From: the human T2T-CHM13v2.0 reference genome, Homo sapiens
DNA length: 64,000 nucleotides
Strand: one strand, 5' to 3'
NCBI RefSeq assembly: GCF_009914755.1
Contig: NC_060932.1
The translations under genes were made by a program, and so were the position numbers. This document shows, piece by piece, positions 1-13,358 of this stretch. The notes beneath the pieces were generated by a model. It was not told where the DNA came from, searched no databases, and saw nothing but the letters and a program-made list of their open reading frames with translations. Each line of letters starts with the position of its first letter. Within the stretch, counting starts at the first letter, position 1.

Positions 1-649
1 GTGGACTCTATTCTTGACTTTCTATATCCATACCCATATCCAAAATGGCATAGGATAGCATAATTTATCTTTGTAAATTACTTTCAAAAATCATGATCAT
101 CTTACTAATTATATTGTCTGAAAAATTTGCATTGACTCTAGTCACATTTACACAGTAACATTTACCACAGATATAATAACTCCATTTCCTGTATCCCTGG
201 CCAAACACCAGTTTCAGCCAAAGTCGTCTGCATCTGCCCATATAAATCATTTCATAAATTAGAGTCAGCATTCCTCGCAGAACATGAATTTATTTTTGAA
301 TCCAGACAAAATAAATCATAAGGAGCCATGAGGTTGGGACTGCAGCCTAATTTTTACTAAGTCCCTTCAATAATGCAGTTTAAAGTTTCACATTCATAAT
401 AAAAATACTGTAAAATTATGCCCATCTTAATTGTTTTTTTCTCTTCTCATATTATGCAAATATACTACTTATCTAGAAGGTCTCCCCCTTTTCTTCTCAA
501 GATCTTTGTGCTTTTATGTGCTGCTTAATTTTATTTATGACTTTCAGGTTTCTTTAGAAGGCCTTGTGGCACGTTAACAAGTGTTTTCGATATTTTGGTG
601 TTAAAGAAGATGGACTTTGGATTTAGTAACAACATGTCACCCATCACAT

Positions 650-830
650 ATATTCATTCTTTTAATATTTATTAATCCATTAAATATTCATTGAGTGCCT
701 ACCATGAGTCAAGTATTTGATAGCGACAAATGTTATGTTTTCTGCTCTTAATTGCACAGTCAAATGAGTGAGACAAATACTGATATATTTGAGATAAGTG
801 CTGAAAACGGGGTATGTGCATGGAAATTAC
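650..830 (-). mobile_element. L2 LINE 3' fragment (ancient)
   Basis: ATTCATT-rich start followed by AATATTCATTGAGTGCCTACCATG, typical of an antisense L2 3' end; boundaries approximate. Confidence 0.55.
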
Positions 831-3800
831 ATCTTCACTGGCTATTGCTAGCTAATAGTCTAGTGGAAACCTATATCAGATGAAAGGCTGTCAGCAATCC
901 CTGTTCACGTTACTAAAGTTATCACTTTTGTAGCTGCTCAAATTCTTTTTTTTTATTGGCTAGAAATTATGTAAATTGTTTCCTCCATATGTCTGAAATG
1001 TAAGGATGATTGTTTTTAACATAAATTTTTAAACTTGTCCAAGCAGTGTAAACAGCATAAAAGGTGAAAAGTGGGAATGTCACATGTCACACTGTATCAG
1101 GGTAATGAGATGTCTAACGTAGACCCATAGGCACACAACCTGGAAAGCACTTATTCATATTCATGTTCTTGATAATTTCCCATTTATAATATAGTATAAG
1201 CAAGGAAAACTATTTCTTTCAATAGAATCATGGGTCAACTCAAGGTAAGCCATTATTCTATAAAAACATGGTTCAGAAATAACCTAATTAGGGCTTATAA
1301 CCACATTTCTAAGGGCTACTGTTCTGTTATTATGTGTAAAATATAGGAACACTTTCCAATAATGTGAAAATAAGGAAAACTGATATGAAATCTACAGGAG
1401 TAAGCTAACAATTTTCCAGACAATGGAATTATATATTTTGCATTATTTTTCTGAAGAACTATAGGCTTTGGTTACTTGGGACAGCTTTTTTTTTTTTTTC
1501 TTGCCTTTCCTAGCAGAGCTGCAGATTTAATTTTATCGGTATGAGAAATATGAAGCTAGGGAATTTAATAATTGTTTCACTAGGTAAGAGATGAAGTAAA
1601 TTCCATTGCCTTTCATTTGATTACAATCTTCCCTGCTGGTTTAATTAAAAACATCCATGTGAGGAAGAAGAAACATGGTACAGGATCTAATTGTTTTATT
1701 GTATTGAATGTAGAGTAGGAACAATGAAACCAAAAGGTTTATAGTTGTAAAACTTAAATGTTTCATGTAAATCTAAATTGCAGACACAGGTCAGCTATAG
1801 ACAAATGTCAGTAGACTAGATTCAAAATGCACTGCAGGCAGAAAAGATGACATTTATCAGTCATCCATACATCAGTAACTAAAACAATTTTAGGGTTGTC
1901 TAGACAGGCATTTATTATTTCTTAAATTTAAATCTTTAGTAGAAGGACAACAGGAGGCATGGTATCTATATTTAGTTTCACAAGAAATGAGGAAAAGGCC
2001 TAGAAAAAAATCCAAATACATTTGCAGGAATATAAGTGTAGAAAAAGAGTCTCATTGCTGTTAGTCTATACTGGAAGCAACTATATGACTAAATCAGCTT
2101 TCTCAGTTACTGTGACACAGGCCTGAAAAATTACAATAAATACTGTTAAACATATTTAATTTTATGCGTTTTGGATAATTTGCCAATAACAATATTTTTA
2201 AAATCTTTGCTAGTGTTTTTACAAGTTTTTATTCTTTTAAAAAATTGCTGTAAAATTAGAAAATTGGGTTTAAATGTAAATTTTGAAAATCGTAGACTTA
2301 GGCAGCAGAATATTAAATATGCCAACATTATGAAAATGTCATTCAACATCTTTTCCAAATTCAAGGACAGCAAAAGATTGTGATAAATAATAAAAAATAT
2401 ACAAGAAGATTATAAATTAACTTTCAGTCTTCCAAGAGAAAACAAAATTGGGTAGAAAATTTTATTTCCTTTACATTTGAAATTATCAATATAAGTTGTT
2501 GAGACAAGCTTATCTATAAAACAACAATATATCACAAAATTTCGAAATGAAAAGAATGGCAAAATATCATATTTTAGAAGTCTGAGGAATTAAAAAAAAA
2601 GAAATAAAAACAAACCATAAAAGTACAAGCAAAATAAATCTCAGCATATCAGTTCCTGGACCATTTTAAAATTGTATTTCTTTTATTTTTCGGCTGCCAT
2701 TTTATTTTATTGTTTAAATGCAACTACAGTCTTTAGTAGAACGATTTTCTTATTGCTGAATATTTTTTGCTAGAATTAATATACCTTTTTGATATGTAGA
2801 TATCTAGTTAATAAATTATAAATTTTCATTCCTGTTTGTCATAGGGAATCTATCAATTCTATTACTTTTTACTATACTCATTTAAAAATTTCTTTCTTTT
2901 CTTTTTTCTTTGTTTTTAATTTATGATTTTAAAGTTATCCTTAGTTTTGGGCTCAATAATTTTTAAAAACTTAGACATGGCTTAAGTTTTCATGCAATAA
3001 TTCAAAGTACTTTTTTGTGTTGAGAAATCATGGTATTTTCATGCAGTCTGTTCTTTGGCTCTCCAGGAAGTGCATTTTTCACCCTTGCCCAACACACACC
3101 CCATATATACATCTTTGTGATGAACGTTATTGTGCTACACATATTACATAGTGCAGATTACTTCAGTCCACTGCTTCCAGATCTTATAGCTGTAAATCAC
3201 AGCTGTTAAATATTTATAACATTCCCTTGAACACTTAAGGGAGAAAGCCAAAATAAAATTTTTCATTTGCTCCTAATGTTAAAATGTTTGTAGTGGATAA
3301 AAAATACTACAGTTTTCTTCAAGTTATTAAATTATAACCAATAATCGGTACCTAACTATTGGTATTGAATGAGTTTGCTTAAGTGTCCAGATTTTCCCTC
3401 CGACGCATCCAAATAATTAAGAGACGGTCCTTAATGCAACCCAAGGATCTCTTTTTCTCTTCTTTCTATTTCTATTTTATCTGGAATTCTCTTTGGCCCT
3501 GGTGATAATTGCGAAGCTCCCTAATTTTGTTTAAAATTCATATTTTTCCATCAAAGATCAACTGCATCGCACAATCCAAATGTGTAGGTATAAAGTTAGC
3601 ATTTACTACTACTCAGTGAAAACGTCTTGCCGACAAAAGGGGCAAGGATCATGTTTGTAGCAAAGAATAAGCTGGTGTTAGATAAACAATTGGAACTAGG
3701 GGTACCTTAGCATTTCTTAGAATCCCTTCAGACATCATAAACCAATTTGGGGTTCATTTCCGAGATTTTTATGTCAAGCCTGATTTGTTGCTTTTTATTA

Positions 3801-6800
3801 CCTGGTGGGAATGTGTTAGCTTTTACTTCTTAATGCCTGCTTTGTCATCAGTATCCACTAGGTGGAGATATAATTTTATTTTTTCTTTGGTTTAGGACAA
3901 CTTGAACATTTATGATGCTATGAAAGGAATACTCATCTTCACAGTTTGAACATATACCTTTTAATTGGTGTTTAATAAATATTTTGATGTCAAGCTATAT
4001 TTTTTCTGAATATTACTCATATCTATCTACATTTCCTTTATTGTTTGTTTGTTTTTGTGTTTTAGTATAGATTCTAAAATACAGACCACTGATTTAGTTT
4101 CATTTTTATAATTTCCTTCCGAGTGTTGGAATATACAAATGAGTGAGTATTCTCAATTCCAGAGTATAGTGAAATGCAATCCCCAGCATTATGTAAAGAT
4201 GCTTTGAGACTAAGTACAGGTTGTTGGCAGGGATTTAATTGGAGAGGTTAGAAAAGAGGTAAGAGATTTTCCTTTTTTCTCTAAGCCAGGTGAGAATGCT
4301 CCTCTTAGCCCTATAGCTGCTAGGAAAAAAAGGATATGAAAGCAAATGAAGTGGTTTCCAGATTCTGAAAGATACTCTCTTCACAAAATCTCTCTCTTCT
4401 CTCTTCTTTTCTTCTCTTTTTTCTCTGTCTCCTTCCCTTCTCTTCTCTTTTAGAAATATGCCTTGTTCTCCATCTGTGTCTCTTGCTCATTTCTCTCTAT
4501 AACTACCTATTTATCTGAGATGTACATATATACATACATTTACATTAGATTTTTAAATGTAATGCAATATATACATATACATGTTATATAAACATGCACA
4601 GTTTAGGACTCTGTAAAAAAGCAAGAAATGAAGTCTCCACTTTTAAGAGGACTCTTTATTTTTTCTGTCTTTCATGTGGGTACTTGTTTTATAAAAAAGT
4701 ATTTTCTAATTACATATTTCTAGAAATCTAAGCATCATATTTCTCCTTTCCTGCTTTTTTAAAGAGGACAAAATGTTTCCTGTGACTCTTGTTTCAAGTG
4801 TCATCCTGGAAACCAGTGACTTTAAACTCTGCAGACAATTGTAAGGCAGAGATGCTCTTCCCTACTTAAGTACAGACTGAATTTAAAACAAAGGACTTGG
4901 AGGAACTGTCTTAAACCCAAGGGTGGCAAAATTTCAAGAGAAAGTTTAGTGTGCAGTTTTGAGTTAACAAGCACAGAATCTAACACTTGGTAGACAACAT
5001 CTCTCACTCTCTTCCGAAGAAACACAATCCTAATGTTCGAGGCTAAATAAAATGGTGATATCTCTGATAATACCACTTATCATCTACTGATACATGTACA
5101 AACAAGGTGTATTTGTAAATTACAGTGCCTATACCAAAGACATTTCATAAAACAAGCAAATAAAGCAAAGGAAAGTCTGGATCTCTTGGCTTTGGCAAAC
5201 TGTTTAGGCCTCTTAATTACATTTGATCATATGTAAATGAACTCAGGGTCTTTGAGTTTTAAGAAAACTATTCTCTTTCCATTCTCTGTGGTTGTCCGTG
5301 CCTGTGGTCCTTTATTTCTATATAAACATGCTCACAGTGACTTTTGCCATATTTCAAGCAGCCTGCCTTTATTAAAAATAAAATAACATTTTGTATATGA
5401 AGAGTAAATGCTTTACGCTCAATGAAACACCCTCTTTTCTAATGTAGGTATTTAACCAATTCCTGTTGCTAAAATCCTCGATATCATCGCCTTTAGATTC
5501 TAAGACTTCTTAAACCTAAAGATTCAAGGCAAGTTAAAGTTTCTCAAAATTTCCAGTTGCTTCCCACTGATATCATTATTGCAATGATAATGCTTGATAG
5601 TTTTAGGTTTTTCATTTATTTCCTCATTGGAATAGAGATAAATGTCACTAATTATGGAAATGTTACATTCTATAAACAAACAGAATAAATTATATAAAAG
5701 ACAAATAATGCCAACCTTCATGAAGAAATACATGACAAGATAACATTGTACTACTGCTGTTTTCAAGGGCAGGTGCATGTGCTTAATTATAAGCATTTCT
5801 TTACCTATTTTTTTCATCAATTTTGGTGCAATGTTTTTAAGACATAAAAATAATCAAAGAAAAAAGTAAACTAACTGGGCAATGCACTTTTCCTTATAAT
5901 TTGGATGCTCAGTAACATCTTTTATGTACCAATGCTAACTAATGTCCTGATACTGATTCCACTACTGGTATTATTGTTACTGGCTGCAACATTTCCATTG
6001 CCATCAGTGTTCATCTGTCTCAGAAATGATAAGCTCAAAGGAATAGCCCTTTCATTTACCTTATGGGGACAAAACTCATAATGAACTTTCACATATCTTT
6101 TTCTCAACTCTTCCTTCTGCTACACGCTGACTTCCCATCTCACAGTATCTCTCTCTCTCTCTCCATATTTAAAAAGATGAGATTAATAAAAAGTTTCAGT
6201 ATTAAATTTTCTCTTTGTAACTGTTGCAGATATCATAGCCTGGAGTAACTATTATAATTACATTATGTTTTTTGTTATTCAACACCTATTGTAAGCTAGG
6301 TAGTTTATATTTGTCATCTCTGATTATGAACTGAAAATGTGAATTGAAATGATGGCTAAATTACTAACTAATGTGACTTTGAACAAATTATTTAACCTTT
6401 TTCTCAATTCACCTCATCTCTAAAATTCAAAAGATATATACCTGATTTCAGTATTAATTGAGTCAATGTATGTAGTCCTTACAAAAATATCCGAAAGTCA
6501 AATGTAAAATGTTACATATTGCTATTATAGTTATTAGAAATACATGAAGTTTAGTAATGTTTAAGCATTTCTTTTTATTATTTCTTGGTATTTATTTAAA
6601 AATATTTCTGAATAGTATTTGGCACTTTTATATTGGCATTTATTCCTTTCTCTAAGAAACAAAGATTTTTTTGTTTGTTTCCTAGAGATAGTGAAAGCTA
6701 TGGCTAAAAGAGATAATGTCAGTCACCTTCCCAAAGTTTTAATGCTATGCATAAAATAGAGCTTAGATTATGGAAACCAATGTGTCACACACCAGGGCTC

Positions 6801-6929
6801 TTCACCACATATTCTACCTAAAAATCGCTGTACAATGAGAATGAGAATTGTCTCTATTAATAATTTTTTAAAAAATAAGAATACTATTATAATCATTACT
6901 ATCTGTGTGGAGTGACTCTAAATTTACAA

Positions 6930-7290
6930 ATTTTTTTACTTAACTTTGTTTCATTTGAACCCACAATAACTGTGTAAAGAAGGCATCATTAGTCTCAAAA
7001 AAAAATAAGGCAATGGAGGCTCAGAGACTTAAATAACTTGCCAAGACTCACTTAGCACGAAATAGTGGAACTATATCTAGGAGGCAGGTTTTCTATCTCC
7101 AGAGCTCTCTCTCCTAAATAGATCATTAGAACTCAAATGGACCTTCAAATTTTCTAGTCTAAATCGTTATTTATTCAATGAGAAGATGGAGGACAGGGAA
7201 GAAAAGGACCTGGACAATGTGACATAGAGACAGATTTAAGACTAAGGCTCTTTTTTTGTGATTTCTAATTCATTGATCTTTTTCCTATAC
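6930..7290 (-). mobile_element. Two adjacent MIR SINE fragments
   Basis: MIR core-like motifs GAGGCTCAGAGACTTAAATAACTTGCCAAGACTCAC (~7017) and ATGAGAAGATGGAGGACAGGGAAG...ACCTGGACAATGTGACATAG (~7178). Confidence 0.55.
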
Positions 7291-8029
7291 CACAATATCC
7301 TGTAATCAGCATTTTAAATAGTTTTTTTCCTACAGTTTGAGAATGTCTGAAATTTTTTAAAAATTCCAATATTTATAGTAATTATTTCACAGTTTACCCA
7401 ACCCTGGGATTCAGAGACAAAAAAATGGTTTTTATAGGCTGCCCTATTGAGAAGACAGAGCTTTATCACACAAGATCGTCAATTCTATTATCTGTACAGT
7501 GGGGGCAGTAAACATGGTTAATATCACCTATGATAGCAGTTCTCTCAATTGTGTATCTCTCCCAGAACCAGTCAGAGGTCATGCATTCCGCTTTACATGA
7601 AGACTAGCTTTCTGTTTGTTTGCTTGTTTGTTTTTCCAAACTCCAGGGGAATCTGGGCTCTAAAAGAAAACAGTAGAGGGAATACAAAAGAAGTCAAAAC
7701 TTCCTTAAGCTGTGATGAAGATAAGGCATTCCATGGCAATGCCTGCGTTCCCAATTACTACTACCTAGGAATTAATTTCTAGGCCCTCTATATATGAGCA
7801 GAGTAGAATAACATTGTCTTAGCAGCATCTTCATTTGTGTGCCAAATTTATATGGGCAGCACTGAATTTGAAAGTACTACAATTTATCTCTACTTTCTGA
7901 AGTACCATAAGATTTTATTTAAAAAAAGATTTTAAAGACAAAAAATGTCAAGTAGATACAAAGAGAAAAGTCCCAGAGAATGAACACAGTCCTCTATGAC
8001 TGAATTCAGGTGGTCTTCTGCAAAACTTA

Positions 8030-8540
8030 GATTTCATTCATTCACTCATTCATTTGTATTCATTTATCTAACAATACACTACTGCAACAAATACTTATTA
8101 AGAGTCTAATAAATGTCCAGTCTGTGCTAAGTGCAATTATGGAGCAATCAAACAAACCAAGCAAAAAGATATAGTCTGTCCTCAAAGCGCCTAGGAGGAA
8201 ATTAAGTTTTAATACAAATAATGACATTACCAAGTTGAGACCAGTAAGGGTCATAAGTGTTTATTATAGACATGATGCATTAGAGATGTTAAGAAACAGG
8301 TATGTCCTCATGGAATGAATAATTAGAGAATGATTCATGAAGGAGAAAGATTTTAGTTAACTGAAAAGAGGGAAACTTGAGTTTGTGGAGGTGGTGGTGG
8401 CAGCAAGGGCATTTGAAAAGAAGGGCACAAAATGAATGTTAGCAGAAAGGGAAATAGAGGGTAGTGCGGATTAGTGAGTCAGTTATTTGGCTGGAGCATA
8501 GAGTCATTCAGTAACACACTGAAAGAAAAGATTAGAAAGA
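8030..8540 (-). mobile_element. L2 LINE fragment
   Basis: (ATTC)n tail at ~8033-8065, then AACAAATACTTATTAAGAGTCTAATAAATGTCCAGTCTGTGCTAAGTGC and a purine-rich body typical of antisense L2. Confidence 0.55.
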
Positions 8541-8559
8541 AGCTTTGTGTGTTCTGTTT

Positions 8560-9060
8560 TCAAACAAGCAGTTTTATGCCTAGAAATTTATCTCACATAT
8601 ATATGCTCAGGTGAGCAATGACATGTATACAGAACAACCATTAGGGTATTATTATAATATCAAATATTTGAGACACCTGAGTCTTCAAGAGGTAAATAAA
8701 TTATGGCATCCCCATGCCGTGCCTACTGGGCAAGTATGAAAACAAACAAGCAAACCAACAAATGAAAGAAACAACAAAAGTAGAGCTGGGATGTCTCATA
8801 TGTACTGATATTCTCCAGCCTCCAAGATATACTGTCAGGTGGAAAAATTAACACATGGAACAGTGTGCATCGTATATAATCAATTGTATAAGCAGGATAT
8901 AAACATATATGCTTAAACATGCTTAGGCTGTCTGGAAGAACATACAGTAATAAAAACGATTGCATCTGGGAAAGGGGAGCTGGGCTTCTGATGGAAGCCA
9001 GGAAGGAAGAGGCATTTTTCACTGAGTACCATTTAATGCACTTCAAATTTTATATATAAT
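8560..9060 (+). mobile_element. Old L1M (L1ME-like) 3' fragment
   Basis: CCTAGAAATTTATCTCACA...GTAAATAAATTATGGCATCCCCATG resembles a degenerate L1 ORF2 end/3' UTR. Confidence 0.45.
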
Positions 9061-10515
9061 CAAGTACTTAGAGCATACATTACTTAAAGTTTATCTAAAG
9101 ACAGATTGTGAAAAATTCAAATTTAAAAAATGTAATGGGAGGAAAAATAAAATACATACTACTTGGAAGCTGCAGTGTTGAATTTTTGATATTTTTTTCT
9201 TTTAATAGTAAATGTCCTGGCTATGCTCGAAGGCAGGAATGAGGAGATGGATGAATGGAGGGGAAATGAAATAGAAGGTAAGTGAAAATTATAGGATTTA
9301 GGGCAGAAGTGGAAAGGCTGGTATCTCAGAAGACAAATGTTCGTTCTATGAGGTGTCTAAACAAAGCCACTGAATCACATATTTTGGGCAAAAGCTGATG
9401 GGTTATTCTTTTGTTTGTGTTTGTATCAATAAGAACTATTGGGAGACATGTAATATGAGCTGAGTAATTTAACAGTTACACAGGTCAGAGCAGAGTCTCA
9501 CCACAGGGGTCCTGAGCAATGCAGGTTGCTTTAGGGTAATGGTTGGATGGTTGAGATTTATAATTTAACAACTGTTTCCCTAGCTACTACTTCCTTACTG
9601 TAAGACTGGTCTGTGGCCAACTAGGAGATGGGACATGTAACCAAGGTGGGAGAGACTGAGATGAAGATTTAGAAATAAGCATGTTTGTCATTCTTAAGGG
9701 CTGCAAGCTTCTTCTCATAACTCATTGATAAATTGGGTGCAAAGACAAAATCTACCCAGTTGATCTGTTTGTTGTGAAGATAAAGTTAGGTAACATATAG
9801 ATAATATTTTGGAAAAAATAGTATAAAATGTTATTCAAAGACAAAAAGAAACATAGATGAAATTTGCTTAGCTATTTTAATCTCTTCTTTGAAATAAATT
9901 ATACCGATGGCAAAGTTTGAAGTTGGGCTGTGGTCTATTGAGTCAATGCAAGATAAATATTTATATATTTAGTATAAATGCTAATGTCTTACTGCATTCA
10001 CTCCAAAGAGAGACAAATAAAAAACAATATTCAATTTTGTTCTACACCAAGATTCATTTTGTTTTTATCTATGTGAATCATAGCAGAATGTTTGATGCAT
10101 ATTCATTGAATAAATGAATCACTCTGCTAATGTTCAGAGGCATTCAGAAGGGTTGTTTGAACCTTCACCCTGTCCTTTCCTAAATTTTGGAACCAGCTGA
10201 AGCACAACTGACAAACTATCCAAAAACCATTAAATAATAAAATTCCAGTATAGTGTCATGAAAAGTCAGTTTTAGTCATGATTTCTGCAATTTGGGGGCC
10301 AGGAAATAAGAATCTTGGATTAAAAAACTAAGGAAAAGTAAAAAGAATGTCTCTTTGAGGAAGTGCTTAGCCTAAGATTTGTTATGCTCTTAATTTCAAA
10401 TTTACAGTAGTCAACAGAAGCTGACTTACTGTAGAAGAGCATAGAAGATGCATTTTGAAAGTGGGAATATTGAAGACAATGCATCAAAACAGTACTGAAG
10501 TTGAAGGTGTCACTC

Positions 10516-10537
10516 TCTCTCTATCTAGCCCTATACC

Positions 10538-10610
<73 letters not shown>

Positions 10611-10735
10611 ATCTATGTCAGTCAGTCTGTCTTCTGTCTGTCTGCCTGCCTATATATCTGTCTGCCTGTTTATCTACCTACCTACCTACTTATCTATCTA
10701 CTTACCTGCCTACCTACCTACTTACCAATCTATGT
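10516..10735. repeat. Compound tetranucleotide STR: (TATC)16 core followed by TCTG/CCTA-type degenerate repeats
   Basis: Perfect TATC run 10547-10610, then GTCT/GCCT/ACCT variants. Explains ORFs 10455..10856 and 10501..10761. Confidence 0.95.
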
Positions 10736-11114
10736 GTGTGCACATATACATGAAGTATTAAATAAGAAAAAAATAACTAGGGCAATAGAACTTTCCCCAA
10801 TAGAGTCAGTATTAAACTTTGAACAGTTAGTGAAATGGAGAGCCACAATTAACTGAAATTAGTATATCAGCTCTGATAAAAGAAACTTAACAGTCCAACT
10901 GGCAGTAGCATATATTTTCAAGAAATTTATAAAAGTTTGAGATAAATAAAACAGGCCCTGGATTATAATAAATGTTCTCTGAGACATTTTTTAAATTAAA
11001 TACTTCACCCTTACCCTAGGGAAATATTTCAAAAGTTTCATTCAATCCATCAAATACCATCTTCATAATTCCTGCCATTTCCGTTGGCCATCTGTATTAC
11101 TGACTTCTTAATGT

Positions 11115-11158
11115 GTATATATATAAAAATATATATATTATAATTTGTATATAATTTG

Positions 11159-11210
<52 letters not shown>
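11115..11210. repeat. (TA)n/(CA)n compound microsatellite at the tail side of an antisense Alu
   Basis: Directly visible TA and CA runs. Confidence 0.9.
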
Positions 11211-11211
<1 letters not shown>

Positions 11212-11489
11212 TTGACTTTGACACAGGGTCTTGCTCCATCACCCAGGCTGGAGTAGAGTGGTGCGATCTTGACTCACTACAGCCTTCACCTCCCAGGCTT
11301 AAGTGATCCTCCCACCTCAGCCTCCTGAGTAGCTAGGACTACAGGTGCACACTACCACATCTGGCTATTTTGCTGTATGTTTATTAGAGATGGGGTTTCA
11401 GCAAGTTGCCGACACTCCTGAACTCAAGTGATGCTCCTGCTTTGGCTTCCCAAAGTGCTGGGATTACAGGAGTGAGCCACCACACCTGC
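11211..11489 (-). mobile_element. Alu (AluJ-like), antisense
   Basis: CAGGGTCTTGCTCCATCACCCAGGCTGGAGT...CCCAAAGTGCTGGGATTACAGGAGTGAGCCACCAC; heavy CpG decay. Confidence 0.93.
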
Positions 11490-11656
11490 ACATTCTTTAT
11501 ACTATTTCTATTTATATCCACTTTAATTTCAATCAGAATTCCTTAGTCTCTTTTTACACAACTTCTTTAAAACTTTGAATTTAATGTTATAGTTATGTTG
11601 CTTCTCCTACAGATAAACTAAGTTTATAACCAATTAAATAATATTCACCTTCCAGT

Positions 11657-11951
11657 CATCATTCTCAGCAAACTATCGCAAGGACAAAAAACCAAACACT
11701 GCATGTTCTCACTCATAGGTGGGAATTGAACAATGAGAACACATGGACACAGGAAGGGGAACATCACACTCTGGGGACTGTTGTGGCATGAGGGGAGGGG
11801 GGAGGGATAGCATTAGGAGATATACCTAATGCTAAATGATGAGTTAATGGGTGCAGTACACCAACATGGCACATGTATACATATGTAACAAACCTGCACA
11901 TTGTGCACATGTACCCTAAAACTTAAAGTATAATAATAATAAAATAAAAAA
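11657..11951 (+). mobile_element. Young L1PA (about L1PA2-4) 3' end, 5'-truncated
   Basis: CATCATTCTCAGCAAACTATCGCAAGGACAAAAAACCAAACAC...G-rich tract...GTACCCTAAAACTTAAAGTATAATAATAATAAAATAAAAA closely matches the L1PA 3' UTR and tail. Confidence 0.95.
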
Positions 11952-12955
11952 GTTAACCTATCTCATAATTTTGTGTTGAATGCCATAAAGCAACCACATC
12001 TATTTACTCTGGCATGGTGAGAATAACTAATTGCAAATAAAATTAATATGGTAGTTACTAATCTATTTAGATAAATAAACAGTACACAGTATATGCAAGG
12101 TAAATGGTATATGTCTATGTAACAAAATGGCAACAGAATTTTTCTTAACCTGAGAAGAAAATACCTTGCATTCCCTTTAGGGGAGATAATGAAACTCTGA
12201 GGGTCCAAGCAACAAGTAATTTGTTTTTCAAAGAGGGGGAGTAAAGAGAGGAGAGATAAAGATGGATTGGAGCATGAGAAACAGCTTACTTCAGGGGATG
12301 GATTTAAGGTAAGGCCAGGGTAGAATCTACTATAGTGGAGAGAATGTTTTATAATGCATAGAATATAGTGGCCAGATAATATTTTGACAATTGATTGGCT
12401 AATGCTTTATCGCAGAAGAATGGCTCTCCTTTCTGTTACTATACAAACTACTTCTGGCTTTCCAACCTCCCCAGTTTTCAGTAAAGTCAGTTACACTTAC
12501 TGCTAATTAGTGTGAGTGGGAATTGTGTTTAAGTTAAAGAGGCATGCCTAGTAGCATGGTCCTGGAAGCAAAGGTGACGATGAGAATTCACATTCTTCCC
12601 TGAAAATTTCAGGACATTTGATAAGGACTTTGAACTGTTTCAGCGTGGAATCCAGAGACATAAGATGACTTGAAACTCAAGTGTCAGTCATATTATTAGT
12701 GTCTCTTTTATATATAGTGTGGATTCAGTTTTCATCTAGTTCATTTTTTTAATATTTTCATAATGTTGCCAAAAAAGAAATCTTTAAGATTTTTAGGAAA
12801 GGGTGATGAAGGCAAGTGGAACTCATACAACTGCAGTTCAAAACCTGGACTTTAAAAGTAGCTTGATCAAGACAATAGCATCCCTGAGGAAACTCCATGT
12901 GTGTGCATGACAATCTACACAGGCTTTCTCCTGCCCACTCTAATGAGTTGCAAGT

Positions 12956-13358
12956 GTCTTAGGCTGGTTTCTCCCAGAAGCAGACTTTGAGAAAAAGCTT
13001 CAAGCTCAAGTAGTTTGTTTGGAAAGTACAGGGACACCACAAGGAAAGTAAGGAAGGGAGCTTAATCCCTCAAGGAAATTCTGAGAAATGTCCTTATCTC
13101 AGAATTATCCTACCTAAGGGCAAGTGAACTGGGGGATTTATACCCAACTCTCAAGGGTAATTTCTTGAAGGATCCTGGGGGTGATATAGATTCCACCAGC
13201 ACTTCCAGCCTGCTGCACATGGACCAAGTGGCTAGATAAAAAGCCCCTCAGGCATACTTAGCCCACACACAGCTGGCTGGCAACTGCAAGTTGGCAGGAG
13301 TACACTGAATCAGTAAGGTCTGCAGGATGCGAGCAGGGAAACTGACAGTATCTGCCAC
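12956..13358 (-). mobile_element. Old ERVL/MaLR LTR (MLT1I/J-like)
   Basis: TGTCTTAGGCTGGTTTCTCCCAGAAGCAGACTTTGAGA at the left end and ACTGACAGTATCTGCCACA at the right end. Confidence 0.6.

Noticed and set aside
5922-6107. Minus-strand ORF with protein-like MNTDGNGNVAASNNNTSSG after a CAG
   Set aside because: Weak splice signals, no recognisable homology, short.
10455-10856. 133-aa hydrophobic ORF
   Set aside because: Translation of the (TATC)n STR.
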